A program made the position numbers and the translations under genes. Of a DNA stretch of 37,130 bases, positions 17,256-27,273 are shown piece by piece. Source of the stretch: Fidelibacterota bacterium. GTDB lineage: Bacteria; Fidelibacterota; Fidelibacteria; Fidelibacterales; DSDE01. Where the stretch lies: the NCBI GenBank assembly GCA_046735395.1, contig JBJKQR010000064.1, positions 1-37,130 on the forward strand. Reading direction: 5' to 3'. A model generated the notes under the pieces. The model saw nothing but the letters and a program-made list of their open reading frames with translations, made no database searches and was not told where the DNA came from. The first letter of the stretch is position 1. Each line of letters opens with the position of its first letter.

Positions 17256-18497
17256 TCACTTTTTATTCAGGAGTTCAATGAGGTTGAATAGCTGATCCTG
17301 CTCTTCGTTCTGAGTCACGGGGATCCGGACGGTAAAGGCCGTTCCGTGACCCGTTTCCACATCGACGGAAATATCCCCGCCCAGTGACGAAATAATGTTA
17401 TGGGCCATGGAAAGCCCCACACCGCTGTGAACAATAGACTGGCGGCTGGTGTAAAAGGGATCGAAAATTTTGTCCACCAGGGCTTCGGGTATGCCTCCGG
17501 CATTATCCGCGAAGGTCAGTTCCACCCATTTATTGCCGATGGCCTTGATGGCAACGACAATCGTTCGCGGGTATTCACGGGTATATTCCACAGGAAAGGC
17601 AGGATCCTCGAAGGCATCCTGAGAATTTTTCAGAATATTGAGAAACACCTGCTGCAGCAGCATAGGATTGGATTTGATGCGGGGCAGCCGCTCCTCGGAC
17701 TGAATCTGGAAAACAATGCGCTGCTTCTGATATTCGTAGTCGAGTAAGCGGGAAATATTCTCCAGAGTCTCCCGGAGATCAATCAGAACGATATGGCGCG
17801 TATTGGACTGCCGGGTAAAGGTCCGCACATTTTCGATCACGCCCGACATGGATGACACGAGAGCCGCCATTTCGCGATGGGCATTGTCGATCTTTTCAGC
17901 GTGATCACCGGGTTTTTCCCGGTAGGAAGCGAGGAGATCGAGACGAAGCTGCAGTGTGACCAGAGGCTGGCTCAGGGAATGAAGCAGGCCTTCAAACAGT
18001 TCACCGAGAACACGCTGACGTTCCTGAAAAATGGAGATGATCTGCTGATGCTGCAGTTCCTTTTCCATCTTTTTCCATTCACTGATATCCTTGGCCGTGA
18101 CGATAATATAGCGGGGTGTCCCGTCCGGATCCGAGATCAGGCTGAAATTAAGCAGGGCCGGGATGAGGCGTGAACCGGATCTGACAGCCAGTTCCACGTT
18201 CCCGAGCAGGCCGTTCTGAATATCGTCAATGAAGCCGCTGCTCTTCAGTTCATGAACCCCTGCCGTCACTTCTGACTGGGTCTCGCTGGCGCTGCGATAC
18301 AGGAAGGAATTGAAATCCTGTCCCGCGATCTGTCCCAGATCCGCATCGATCAGATCCAGTGCGCTTTTATTGGCATATTCGATGCCCCGGTCATGATTGA
18401 GAATAAAAATAGCATCGGCAATACTTTCCAGAATCATGATCGTGGTGGTATAGTCACGGATCAGGGAATGGCTGCTGTGGTCGGGTGCTTGTGTCAT
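17256..18497 (-). CDS. Cytoplasmic PAS-domain histidine kinase with atypical H-box
   Basis: PAS (ILESIADAIFIL...YANKSA...KDISE), H-box GLLHSLSQPL, N-box QVFLNILKNSQDA, DNAGGIP, IFDPFYT, GVGLS and GTAFTV. Confidence 0.9.
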   Translation of the reverse strand: MTQAPDHSSHSLIRDYTTTIMILESIADAIFILNHDRGIEYANKSALDLIDADLGQIAGQDFNSFLYRSASETQSEVTAGVHELKSSGFIDDIQNGLLGNVELAVRSGSRLIPALLNFSLISDPDGTPRYIIVTAKDISEWKKMEKELQHQQIISIFQERQRVLGELFEGLLHSLSQPLVTLQLRLDLLASYREKPGDHAEKIDNAHREMAALVSSMSGVIENVRTFTRQSNTRHIVLIDLRETLENISRLLDYEYQKQRIVFQIQSEERLPRIKSNPMLLQQVFLNILKNSQDAFEDPAFPVEYTREYPRTIVVAIKAIGNKWVELTFADNAGGIPEALVDKIFDPFYTSRQSIVHSGVGLSMAHNIISSLGGDISVDVETGHGTAFTVRIPVTQNEEQDQLFNLIELLNKK

Positions 18498-18523
18498 GAT
18501 TAAGTTATATACTCCGCTGTCAG

Positions 18524-18823
18524 TTAAACGATAATATCAGCTTTTCCTCTTTCCGGATCGACGATGGAGCTTCGGCGTGCAGAGGCCGGGCTGAGCATGA
18601 GCCGGGGGCTGACCGCCTTAACGGTCAGATCTGTTTCCTGGCCGATGCTGAAACGGCGGTCCGATTCCATCACCAGATTGTAACCCCGGATGCGCAGGAT
18701 ATATCTCCCGGCGCCCAGATCCTCAATCACCCTGCCCTTCAGGGCCATGCCTTTTTCAAGGCTGCCCAGGAGGCTGTCCGCATCCTCCACATAAAATACA
18801 TGTCCGGAATCAGACTTTGACAT
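18524..18823 (-). CDS. Hypothetical protein (small beta-rich domain)
   Basis: 99-aa ORF overlapping the upstream stop; LKGRVIEDLGAGRYILRIRG beta-rich pattern; ends GKADIIV. Confidence 0.7.
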   Translation of the reverse strand: MSKSDSGHVFYVEDADSLLGSLEKGMALKGRVIEDLGAGRYILRIRGYNLVMESDRRFSIGQETDLTVKAVSPRLMLSPASARRSSIVDPERGKADIIV

Positions 18824-19763
18824 TCAGGTTTCCGGGTTTCATCATCAGAATCATGGCCGCTTCATCATAGGAAATATTATGCCGGGCCATGAGTCCGCGT
18901 ATCGCTCTGTCCCGGTCCTCCGGTGTCCGGAGAACGGGAAAGTCATAATCATAATCGGCATAGAGCCGTGGCCGGGGAATTTCCGGCTGAACCGGCGGAG
19001 CCGTATAGGGATTGGGCGGGGTTACCGGTTCCGGAGCCGCTGCAGGCGCAACCGGACGAGGCCGGGGCCGTGAGCTGCTTTTTGCTTTTCTCACGGGCGC
19101 TTTCGTCTTTCTGACCAGGCTGCGGGTTACTCCGATCATGAAAAGCAGAACAAGGAGAAACAGCAGGCTGATGAGCAGCGAAAACAGAATCGCGCGGGTA
19201 AAAAGCGGCCGGTTTTTCGGATCCAGAATTTCACGGATGGATAAAGATGTCCCCGTCGTCTTTGCTGAAACGGCCACCGTTCCACTGTCCCGGTTTCCTG
19301 CGATGGCCTGAAGCCCCACAGACTTTTCCAGCAGGGCGGATTCTGCGGGCCGTGTGGTGTAGACATCATAAATAATTTGATTTGAACCCAGAACATAATA
19401 GGATGCGATCTTGTCATAAGGAATGGATTCCACGTTGAAAAGAAGCCGATCGGCTTCAATCTGCGAGACTTTGATACGAACAGGAAGCTTGCCGATTTCA
19501 CGGATATTGTCTCTGCCCACGTACCGCGCAGAGTCTTTTGTAACGACTTCGATGCTGAAGCGTCCGTTTTCCCGGTCCTCAGTGAGTACAGGAAATGACC
19601 CGGGTGTACGGCCATTGACGGGAAACTGAATGCAGATGCGGCGGAAGTTCTGAAATTCCCCTGTGGCCAGATCTACAGAACTGTTCGCGGCCACCGCGGG
19701 CGCGGTGCTCAGCAGAAGCAATCCCGGAACCAGTAATTTTATCAGGCTATATCGTGTAATCAA
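18810..19763 (-). CDS. Hypothetical membrane protein: signal peptide, periplasmic domain, TM helix, Pro-rich linker, C-terminal DUF2802/DUF6115-like helical motif
   Basis: Start re-called at TTG 19763 (AGGGGG SD 6 nt upstream), giving the signal peptide MITRYSLIKLLVPGLLLLSTAPAVA; TM AILFSLLISLLFLLVLLFMIGV; tail LMARHNISYDEAAMIL. Confidence 0.72.
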   Translation of the reverse strand: MITRYSLIKLLVPGLLLLSTAPAVAANSSVDLATGEFQNFRRICIQFPVNGRTPGSFPVLTEDRENGRFSIEVVTKDSARYVGRDNIREIGKLPVRIKVSQIEADRLLFNVESIPYDKIASYYVLGSNQIIYDVYTTRPAESALLEKSVGLQAIAGNRDSGTVAVSAKTTGTSLSIREILDPKNRPLFTRAILFSLLISLLFLLVLLFMIGVTRSLVRKTKAPVRKAKSSSRPRPRPVAPAAAPEPVTPPNPYTAPPVQPEIPRPRLYADYDYDFPVLRTPEDRDRAIRGLMARHNISYDEAAMILMMKPGNLNVKV

Positions 19764-20010
19764 TTTTATCCCCCTTGCCATTCTCATGAGGACGTTCGGA
19801 ATCACTGCTGTTATTTTTGGGGTAGACATGCGGTGAGAGTTCGTCTTCATCTCCATGCAGTTCCACAATGACATTTTCTTCCCTTTCCTCCTCTTCAGGC
19901 TCCGGATGGTGTTCGGGATGTTCTTCCTTTTTCTGCCGGCGCCGATCCGGGTCAATAATCGTCTGGATCGATGCAAGCGGATTGATGTCGCCGCCTTCCA
20001 TCTTGTCCAT
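19747..20010 (-). CDS. Hypothetical acidic, disordered 87-aa protein
   Basis: AGGAG SD right after the fliA stop; E/H/P-rich; ends KGDKIDYTI. Confidence 0.75.
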   Translation of the reverse strand: MDKMEGGDINPLASIQTIIDPDRRRQKKEEHPEHHPEPEEEEREENVIVELHGDEDELSPHVYPKNNSSDSERPHENGKGDKIDYTI

Positions 20011-20020
20011 GGGGTGACTC

Positions 20021-20794
20021 CTAGTGATTCAGCTGGGTTCTCACAAAAGCCAGGGTCTGATTCATGAGCTGGGAGACCCTTGACTCGGATATATCCAGGA
20101 CCTGACCGATATCAAACAGCGTCAGTTCCTCGTAATAATACAGAACAAGAATCAGTCGTTCTCTTTCGGGCAGCTCCGCCAGAATTTTTTTCAGATCATC
20201 TTTGATACCGGTGAGCTCGAGCTGTTTATCCGGCGGAATCTGTGATTCATCCACAATCGTATCCTTGGGAGACAGTTTATCCTCACCGTCATCGGAGTGG
20301 TACCCGTCCAGAGAAATCGTAAAATTAATATTATTCAGCTGCTGCAGCAGATAATAGTCTTCCAGAGAAATCCCCGCCTCCGCGCAGATTTCATCGAGAG
20401 TCGCATCCCGGTCCAGCTTGATACGCAGATTTTCAGATGCTTCGGTAATCAGTTTCTGAATGCGGATATGGTCACGGGACAGGCCGCCCTGCTTGCGGAT
20501 GGCATCAATGATTTCACCCTGTATGCGGCGGTAGGCAAAGGTTTTAAAGGATACACCCATGGACGGTTTGAACCTGTCGAGAGCATTCAGCAGGCCTACA
20601 ATTCCATACTGATACACATCCTCCCGGCGCAGATTCAGATGTTCCGGAATATTCAGCCGGCCCACAATATGTTTGACCAGATTCAGATAGGCCTTCACAG
20701 CCTTTTCCTTGTCCCGCGGATGTTTCGTCTCTACATAGACATTGACAAGCATGTCCCCTTCGGACAAAACCGGGCTTTCGTGTTTCACCGTCAT
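20021..20794 (-). CDS. fliA: Flagellar sigma factor sigma28 (FliA/WhiG family)
   Basis: GIVGLLNALDRF, FKTFAYRRIQGEIIDAIR and RERLILVLYYYEELTL.DIG.VL.ISESRVSQL. Confidence 0.96.
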   Translation of the reverse strand: MTVKHESPVLSEGDMLVNVYVETKHPRDKEKAVKAYLNLVKHIVGRLNIPEHLNLRREDVYQYGIVGLLNALDRFKPSMGVSFKTFAYRRIQGEIIDAIRKQGGLSRDHIRIQKLITEASENLRIKLDRDATLDEICAEAGISLEDYYLLQQLNNINFTISLDGYHSDDGEDKLSPKDTIVDESQIPPDKQLELTGIKDDLKKILAELPERERLILVLYYYEELTLFDIGQVLDISESRVSQLMNQTLAFVRTQLNH

Positions 20795-21012
20795 TCTTTA
20801 GTAATCTCCGTAGATTCTTCCTCTTTATGCTCTTCCATAACATGGACGCCGATGCGCAGGGCATGGCCTCCCACAAAAAAGATGATCAGCACAGCAATAA
20901 AAACCATCAGGCTGCGTATGAAAGACGTAAAAATAGTAATATTATTCATCATACAGGTCACGAAGGCCACCGCGGCCATCAGAAATGCAAACCTGTAAAT
21001 CAATCGTGTCAT
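20791..21012 (-). CDS. Small two-TM hypothetical protein between flhG and fliA
   Basis: 73 aa, two hydrophobic segments and an acidic tail; ATGA overlaps with both neighbours. Confidence 0.8.
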   Translation of the reverse strand: MTRLIYRFAFLMAAVAFVTCMMNNITIFTSFIRSLMVFIAVLIIFFVGGHALRIGVHVMEEHKEEESTEITKE

Positions 21013-21887
21013 CCGTTATCTCCGATAATCACATCCCTCGAAAGCAGCAGGCGGTCAAAAAGGCCGGCCCGGTTCCGGGGATCGCTGCTGGGCATCTGAA
21101 AGAGCCGGCGTGTGGCCATTTTCAGGGACTTGGCCGGAATTGAATTAGGAAAATTCAGGGTGAGCGGCACCTGCTGACGCACGGCGGACAGCACCAGATC
21201 ATCCCGCATGATGGAGCCACCGAAGCTGAGGCTGCCGTTCAGAAAGCGCTGGACCATCAGATTCATTTTCTTGTACAGGGACTCGCCTTCACTTTCGGAG
21301 CTGACCATATTAGTAAGCAGCATGACCGGCAGGGTCTTGTTATAGCTGCGGATAACCTTGATCATGCCATAGGCATCGGCAATGGATGCCGGATCGGGTG
21401 TCACTACCACGGCGACCTTGTCCGCACCGAGCACAAAGGACATGACATTCGTTGACAGGCCGGCGCCGGTATCCACCAGAATAATATCATAATCCCGCTC
21501 CATGGCCCCGAACAGGGTTGAAAATTTCCGCAGCGCCTCTTCCTCCATTTCAATGAATTCGGGAACAGCTGAAGCGGCGGGAAGAATATCTATTCCCTCC
21601 GGCCCGCGGACAATCACATCTTCCAGCTTCATGTCGCCGAGAATCACATCCGAGATGCTGTATTCGGGACGCAGGCCCAGCATGAGGTCCACGTTTCCCA
21701 GGTGAATATCCGCATCAAAGAGCAGAACGTTTTTATTCAGTTTTTTCAGAATAAGCGCGAGATTCACGGAAATCATGGTCTTGCCGACACCACCCTTTCC
21801 GCTCGTGACGGCAATGACCTCCGGGTGTTTCTGTTTCCCGGCATTTCCCTTCAGATTGAAGACCGATGTGTTTTTCAGTTGGTTCAT
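21009..21887 (-). CDS. flhG: MinD/ParA-like ATPase FlhG (FleN)
   Basis: IAVTSGKGGVGKT, DADIHLGNVD, DTGAG and TPDPASIADAY; follows flhF. Confidence 0.96.
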   Translation of the reverse strand: MNQLKNTSVFNLKGNAGKQKHPEVIAVTSGKGGVGKTMISVNLALILKKLNKNVLLFDADIHLGNVDLMLGLRPEYSISDVILGDMKLEDVIVRGPEGIDILPAASAVPEFIEMEEEALRKFSTLFGAMERDYDIILVDTGAGLSTNVMSFVLGADKVAVVVTPDPASIADAYGMIKVIRSYNKTLPVMLLTNMVSSESEGESLYKKMNLMVQRFLNGSLSFGGSIMRDDLVLSAVRQQVPLTLNFPNSIPAKSLKMATRRLFQMPSSDPRNRAGLFDRLLLSRDVIIGDNG

Positions 21888-21897
21888 TGGGCCCTTT

Positions 21898-23061
21898 TCA
21901 GATCATAGCGTCATTTAAAATTGTCCAGAACTGGCTTCCGGTTGCCGGATTGATATCCTGGGGCACGGCCTGGCCGTTGCTGAAAAACAGCGGAGCCAGT
22001 CCGAGGTGCTTGACCATGGAAAACAATTTTCCGGGACGGCCCGTCTCGTCAAGTTTGGTAAAAACGATTCCCATGGGTTTGAGAACGGTATAGAGGCCGG
22101 CTGCAAAATACAGATCCTCCAGATCACTGGTTGCAGAGAGCGTAAGAATGACTTTATTGTCGGCAATGGATCCCAAAAATCCCTGCAACTCCTGAATATA
22201 GTTAGGAAAATACGGAGATCTGCCAGCCGTATCAATGAGAATCACATCCAGTTCGGCCAGCTGTTTCATGGCTGCCGGGAGATCAGCCCCGGACTTGCAT
22301 TCGATGACGGGGACACCGGCGACTTTGGAAAAGACCTTGAGCGCTTCGGTCCCGGCCATGCGGTAGGTATCGGTGGAAATAATACCGGCCTTCCGGTTGC
22401 CGAGGATGGCAGGATTCGAGGCCAGCTTCATGATGGTCGTGGTTTTTCCCACACCGGTCGGCCCGATGAAGGTGTAAACGCGGTTCTTGTTATGTGTAAA
22501 CAGATTTCCGTTCAGGGGGAAGAGCGTATCGATTTCGGATTTCATGGAGTCCAGAATACGACGGGAATCAATATTGGCCACGGATTCGAGCCGGATGAAG
22601 GCATGCCGTACCAGTTCCTCCACATCCTGCTTGCCCATGCCCGTATTCTGCAGGCGTTCATACACCTTGGAATATTCACGGGGAAAATCAGAGGTGATGA
22701 TCTTTCTCAGACTGTTATTGAGTTTATTCAGTTCCTCTCTGAGAATCTGAACCTCATTTTCCAGCTTATCACTTTTCTGAGGCTGCACTTTCGTTTCCTC
22801 CGGAAAAGCGCTGGTGAGAAAATCATTGAAATAGGCATCGGTCCGGGGATCATTTTTCGGGGCGGGTGCAGGGCCGGGAACGGCAGGAGTGCCTTCCGGA
22901 CTTTCGAGCACAGCCACGGTGATTTCCACTCCGGCGCCGCCTTCAAAATTTTTATTGCGTATTTCCCGGCTTTCCAGAATGGAAATATCTTCGCCGAGAT
23001 CATCCTTGGCTCTCTGCAGAGCCCGGTTCATGGTTTCACCGATGTACTTTTTATGCTTCAT
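21898..23061 (-). CDS. flhF: SRP-type GTPase FlhF
   Basis: AKDDLGEDISIL N-terminus, GPTGVGKTTT, DTYR, DTAG, TKLDE and GQAVPQDI. Confidence 0.96.
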   Translation of the reverse strand: MKHKKYIGETMNRALQRAKDDLGEDISILESREIRNKNFEGGAGVEITVAVLESPEGTPAVPGPAPAPKNDPRTDAYFNDFLTSAFPEETKVQPQKSDKLENEVQILREELNKLNNSLRKIITSDFPREYSKVYERLQNTGMGKQDVEELVRHAFIRLESVANIDSRRILDSMKSEIDTLFPLNGNLFTHNKNRVYTFIGPTGVGKTTTIMKLASNPAILGNRKAGIISTDTYRMAGTEALKVFSKVAGVPVIECKSGADLPAAMKQLAELDVILIDTAGRSPYFPNYIQELQGFLGSIADNKVILTLSATSDLEDLYFAAGLYTVLKPMGIVFTKLDETGRPGKLFSMVKHLGLAPLFFSNGQAVPQDINPATGSQFWTILNDAMI

Positions 23062-25123
23062 TCGGGTACTGGATCGCTCCTACTGAATTCAGGTTAGTGT
23101 CAGGCGTCAGCTCGGTATAGGACAGGACGGACAGATTGGGCAGAACGGGACTGACGAGATTCTTGACCGCCCGCCGGATCTGGGGAGAAACCAGCAGAAT
23201 GGGCCTGCTGCCACCGGCCAGCATTTTCTCCACCTTTTCATTAATATACTCAAATAATTTGTTAATCTGGGAAGGATTCAGACGAAGATTGGCATTTCTG
23301 CCGCTGCTTTCCTTGACGGATTCCATGATCCGGTCTTCCAGCATGGGATCAAGCGTGGCCACCGTAAGCTGCTCCATATTCTGCTTGAAATGGTCGGTAA
23401 TCGTCTCGGCCAATGCCGTGCGGACATAATCTGTCAGCACATCCGCGTCCTTGGTGAACTGGCCATAATCGGCGATGGTGGACATGATATTGACCAGATT
23501 TCGAACCGGAATCCGTTCCGCGAGAAGATTTTTCAGAATCTGGGTCACCGTGCCGAGGCTCACCTGATCGGGCACGATGCCTTCCACAAGCGCCGGGCGG
23601 GTTTTCTTCAGATGATCGAGCATGCGCTGGGTTTCCTGTCTGTCCAGCAATTTGTGGGCATTATTCTTCAGAACCTCCATCAGGTGCGTGGAGATGATGG
23701 CCGGAACCTCTATGACGCTGTAGCCCAGCATCTCGGCTTTTTCCTTGTCCTGATCGGCGATCCACATGGCGGGCAGGCCGAAGGTGGGTTCGGTGGTGCG
23801 TATACCCCTCAGACTGATTTTCTTGTCCGGATTGAGGAGGAGATAATTTCCCAGCATAACCTCTCCGGTCGCCGCTTCAATTCCGTAAATCTTAAAGGAA
23901 TACTGGTTTGACTTGAGCTGAATATTATCGCGGATGCGAATCGGCGGGACGATGACGCCCAGTTCCATGGCCAGGCTCTTGCGTATGGCCGAAATACGGT
24001 CCAGCAGGTTTCCGCCCTGCTTTACATCGACAAGGGAAATAAGTCCGTAACCGATTTCCACTTCGAAGGGATCGGGATGGAGAAAATCTTCAATCTTCTC
24101 CTCCACTTCCGGTTCAGCCTCGGCTTCCTCTTCCTTTTCGGAGAGTGCCAGAGCGGCTTTCTTGCTCTGATCCAGCATATAATTGCCGACGGACAGGAGG
24201 CCGCCCATGATAATGAAGGGCCAGAAGGGCAGTCCGGGAATCAGCGCGAGAATACCCAGCACACCGGAGGTCACATACAGGGCTTTGGGCTGCCCGGATA
24301 TCTGAGATGCGATATCAATTCCCATTGAGGACGAGGAGCTGGCCCGCGCAATGATCATACCGGAAGCCGTGGAAATGATGAGTGCGGGGATCTGGGAAAC
24401 CAGGCCGTCACCGATGGTGAGCAGCATATAGGTGGAGGCCGCGTCTCCCACCTGCATCCCACGCTGAAACACGCCGATGGACAGGCCTCCGAGAATATTG
24501 ACCATGGTAATGAGGAGTCCGGCGATGGCGTCACCGCGCACAAATTTTGCCGCACCATCCATGGCGCCGTAAAAATCCGCTTCCTTGGAAATACTGAGCC
24601 GTCTCGTCTGCGCTTCCCTGTCATCAATGAGGCCGGCATTCAGATCGGCATCAATGGCCATCTGTTTTCCGGGCATGGCATCCAGAGTAAATCGGGCCGT
24701 CACTTCGGCGATCCGCGTGGCACCCTTGGTAATGACAATAAAATTGATAATAATCAGAATAAGGAAAATAACGACGCCCACCACGTAATTGCCCTGAACC
24801 ACAAAGGATCCGAAGGAATTGATGATCTCACCGGCGAAACCCTGGCTGAGGATGAGGCGGGTTGTGGCCACGTTGAGAGAGAGGCGGAACAGGGTGACGA
24901 TGAGGAGGAGTCCGGGAAAGACGGAAAATTCGAGGGGACGCTGTATATACAGCGCAACAAACAGCATGATCAGGGCCGTCATGATGTTCATGACCAGCAG
25001 TACATCCATGAGAAAGGACGGCAGCGGCAGAATCATGATACCGAGAATGAGGATGACCATGGAGGCCAGGGCGAGATTGGAATTCTTGAAGATTCCTTCT
25101 AAGTTCAGATTTGAATCAGCCAT
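23051..25123 (-). CDS. flhA: Export gate protein FlhA
   Basis: RIAEVTARFTLDAMPGKQMAIDADL, FYGAMDGAAKFVRGDA and IRIRDN. Confidence 0.99.
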   Translation of the reverse strand: MADSNLNLEGIFKNSNLALASMVILILGIMILPLPSFLMDVLLVMNIMTALIMLFVALYIQRPLEFSVFPGLLLIVTLFRLSLNVATTRLILSQGFAGEIINSFGSFVVQGNYVVGVVIFLILIIINFIVITKGATRIAEVTARFTLDAMPGKQMAIDADLNAGLIDDREAQTRRLSISKEADFYGAMDGAAKFVRGDAIAGLLITMVNILGGLSIGVFQRGMQVGDAASTYMLLTIGDGLVSQIPALIISTASGMIIARASSSSSMGIDIASQISGQPKALYVTSGVLGILALIPGLPFWPFIIMGGLLSVGNYMLDQSKKAALALSEKEEEAEAEPEVEEKIEDFLHPDPFEVEIGYGLISLVDVKQGGNLLDRISAIRKSLAMELGVIVPPIRIRDNIQLKSNQYSFKIYGIEAATGEVMLGNYLLLNPDKKISLRGIRTTEPTFGLPAMWIADQDKEKAEMLGYSVIEVPAIISTHLMEVLKNNAHKLLDRQETQRMLDHLKKTRPALVEGIVPDQVSLGTVTQILKNLLAERIPVRNLVNIMSTIADYGQFTKDADVLTDYVRTALAETITDHFKQNMEQLTVATLDPMLEDRIMESVKESSGRNANLRLNPSQINKLFEYINEKVEKMLAGGSRPILLVSPQIRRAVKNLVSPVLPNLSVLSYTELTPDTNLNSVGAIQYPNEA

Positions 25124-25130
25124 ACGTCCT

Positions 25131-26213
25131 CTAGGCAGATGCGCTTGCCGGTTTCATGTTTTTCATTTTATAGACCTGGGCAAGGATTTCCGCAATCGCC
25201 TGATAAAAGATGAAGGGGATTTCCATACCCACATCAGTGCTTTCATAGAGCGACCGGGCCAGGGGTTTGTTTTCAATGACGGGAATACCGTGTTCCCTGG
25301 CAATTTCCTTGATCTTCTGTGCAGTTTTACGGATACCTTTGGCCACCACGATGGGGGCATCACTTTTTTCCTTCGGTTCATATTTCAGGGCAATGGCAAT
25401 ATGAGTCGGGTTGGTGACAACGACAGTGGCTTCAGGGACAGCCGCCATCATACGCCGCCGCGCCAGCTGCCGCTGTATACCGCGGATACGGCCTTTGGTT
25501 TCAGGGTTCTCGTACTGCTTCGCCTCGTCCTTCACTTCCTGTTTGGTCATCTTGATGCGTTTTTCATAATCATAGCGCTGATAGGCATAATCGAGGGCCG
25601 CAATGGCAATGAGAGCCACCGCGCCCTTGATGGCAATTTCATACATGAGCTTCATGATAAAGACGAATATCTGCATGATGGAGAGGCTGGCGAGAGTCCA
25701 GTAGTCTTCCATATGATTGACAATAATCCGGTAGCCGATCCAGCCCACGATAAGCATTTTGACGATTCCCTTGGCCAGCTCAACCAGGGAACGAAGGGAA
25801 AATAAATTTTTCACACCCTTCAGCGGAGAGATGCGCTTCACATCCGGGATCAGGGCTTTTTTGGCAAAAACGGGGCCTACCTGTGCATAATTTGCCCCGA
25901 TACCGATAAGGGTAATGATGATGAGGACAGGAATCACGCCGGGCATGATGAATGTGAGCGAGTCGATCACCTGCCCCTGAATCGTATCCACATTCACGGT
26001 GAATGTGGACAGGTTTCCGTAGGTCTGACGGAAATAGTCTGAAAGAACCTGGAAAAGTCTGACGGAGAAAATCTGCAGCCCCACCAGTCCTGCAATCAGC
26101 ACTGCGACAGAGCTCAGATCCTGGCTCTTGGCCACATTGCCCTTTTCCTTTTCTTCCTCGCGGCGCTTCGGCGTCGCTTTCTCGGTCCTGTCCTGACCGT
26201 CCGATTCAGGCAC
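25131..26213 (-). CDS. flhB: Export switch protein FlhB
   Basis: RTEKATPKR, KMTKQEVKDE, NPTH autocleavage motif and ENKPLARSLY; GTG start. Confidence 0.98.
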   Translation of the reverse strand: MPESDGQDRTEKATPKRREEEKEKGNVAKSQDLSSVAVLIAGLVGLQIFSVRLFQVLSDYFRQTYGNLSTFTVNVDTIQGQVIDSLTFIMPGVIPVLIIITLIGIGANYAQVGPVFAKKALIPDVKRISPLKGVKNLFSLRSLVELAKGIVKMLIVGWIGYRIIVNHMEDYWTLASLSIMQIFVFIMKLMYEIAIKGAVALIAIAALDYAYQRYDYEKRIKMTKQEVKDEAKQYENPETKGRIRGIQRQLARRRMMAAVPEATVVVTNPTHIAIALKYEPKEKSDAPIVVAKGIRKTAQKIKEIAREHGIPVIENKPLARSLYESTDVGMEIPFIFYQAIAEILAQVYKMKNMKPASASA

Positions 26214-26214
26214 G

Positions 26215-26994
26215 TCAACCTCCCAACTGGTACATTACGGCATTGAGATAACTTTCCATCTGCGCATAGACTGAATTGAAGAGCACCTGGAAAATATTCA
26301 GACTGGCGATAAGCGCGTAAAGCCCCACCCCCAGCTTGAGGGGCAGAGACACGATAAAAATATTCATCTGCGGCATGACCCTGGCCATGAGCGCAATGGC
26401 TGCATCGGTCACCAGAAGCAGCGTAAGAGCCGGTGCGGCAAATTTTATACTGATGACAAAGGCCTGGGATCCGGTGTCAGCGATGATACGGCCCAGCTTG
26501 CCGCTGATGACGCCGCCGCCGATGGGAATCAGTTCAAAATTCTTGTACAGCGTGTTGATAAAAAGATGATGGCCATTCGAAACCAGAAAAAAGGTGATGA
26601 CCAGAAGAATCCAGAACTGGGAGATAATCGGAACCTGCTGCTGGGACGTAGGATCCATGATATTTGCAATCATCAGGCCCATCTGCCGGCTGGCAAAGGA
26701 TCCGGCCATGGAAAAACCTTCGAAGAGCACCCGGGCCCCGAAGCCGATCGCCAGCCCGATGAAGGATTCCCGGGCGATGGCCATCGAGAGCATGACCACG
26801 CTGTCAAAGGCCGGAACGGTCTTCACATACAGCGGCGTGATGAGAAAAGTGAGAATAACGGCAAAAATCGCCTTGACGCGGGTATTGATAACCGAATAGG
26901 ACAGAATGGGGAGCGCGATGATCAACGCCGAAACACGGGCCATAACCAGCATGTAGGCCGGGATCATGTCGTTGAGCTGTGCAATGAAATCCAT
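26215..26994 (-). CDS. fliR: Export protein FliR
   Basis: Polytopic; QMGL...DP, GHHLFI and RVMPQMNIFIVSLPLK. Confidence 0.96.
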   Translation of the reverse strand: MDFIAQLNDMIPAYMLVMARVSALIIALPILSYSVINTRVKAIFAVILTFLITPLYVKTVPAFDSVVMLSMAIARESFIGLAIGFGARVLFEGFSMAGSFASRQMGLMIANIMDPTSQQQVPIISQFWILLVITFFLVSNGHHLFINTLYKNFELIPIGGGVISGKLGRIIADTGSQAFVISIKFAAPALTLLLVTDAAIALMARVMPQMNIFIVSLPLKLGVGLYALIASLNIFQVLFNSVYAQMESYLNAVMYQLGG

Positions 26995-27003
26995 GAAAAG
27001 CCC

Positions 27004-27273
27004 TTACTGAGTCATGAGGGGAATCTGGTTGAAAATTTCCCGGGTAAAACCGAGGATTACGTCAAGGAACCAGGGCATCATGATAACGAGGACGATGCCG
27101 ACGACAGCCATTTTTGGAATGAAGGTGAGCGTCATCTCGTGGATCTGGGTGATGGCCTGAAAAATGGCCACAACCAGTCCGACGACCAGCCCCAGTCCGA
27201 GAATGGGCGCCAGCACATAAATGGCGGTCATGAGAGTTTCACGACTGATGTACACGACGTAATCAATGGTCAT
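27004..27273 (-). CDS. fliQ: Export protein FliQ
   Basis: VGLVVAIFQAITQIHEMTLTFIPK. Confidence 0.98.
   Translation of the reverse strand: MTIDYVVYISRETLMTAIYVLAPILGLGLVVGLVVAIFQAITQIHEMTLTFIPKMAVVGIVLVIMMPWFLDVILGFTREIFNQIPLMTQ

Noticed and set aside
19764..19976. N-terminal extension of the 388-aa ORF
   Set aside because: It overlaps the 87-aa ORF that has a good SD; a TTG start at 19763 gives an SD and a clean signal peptide
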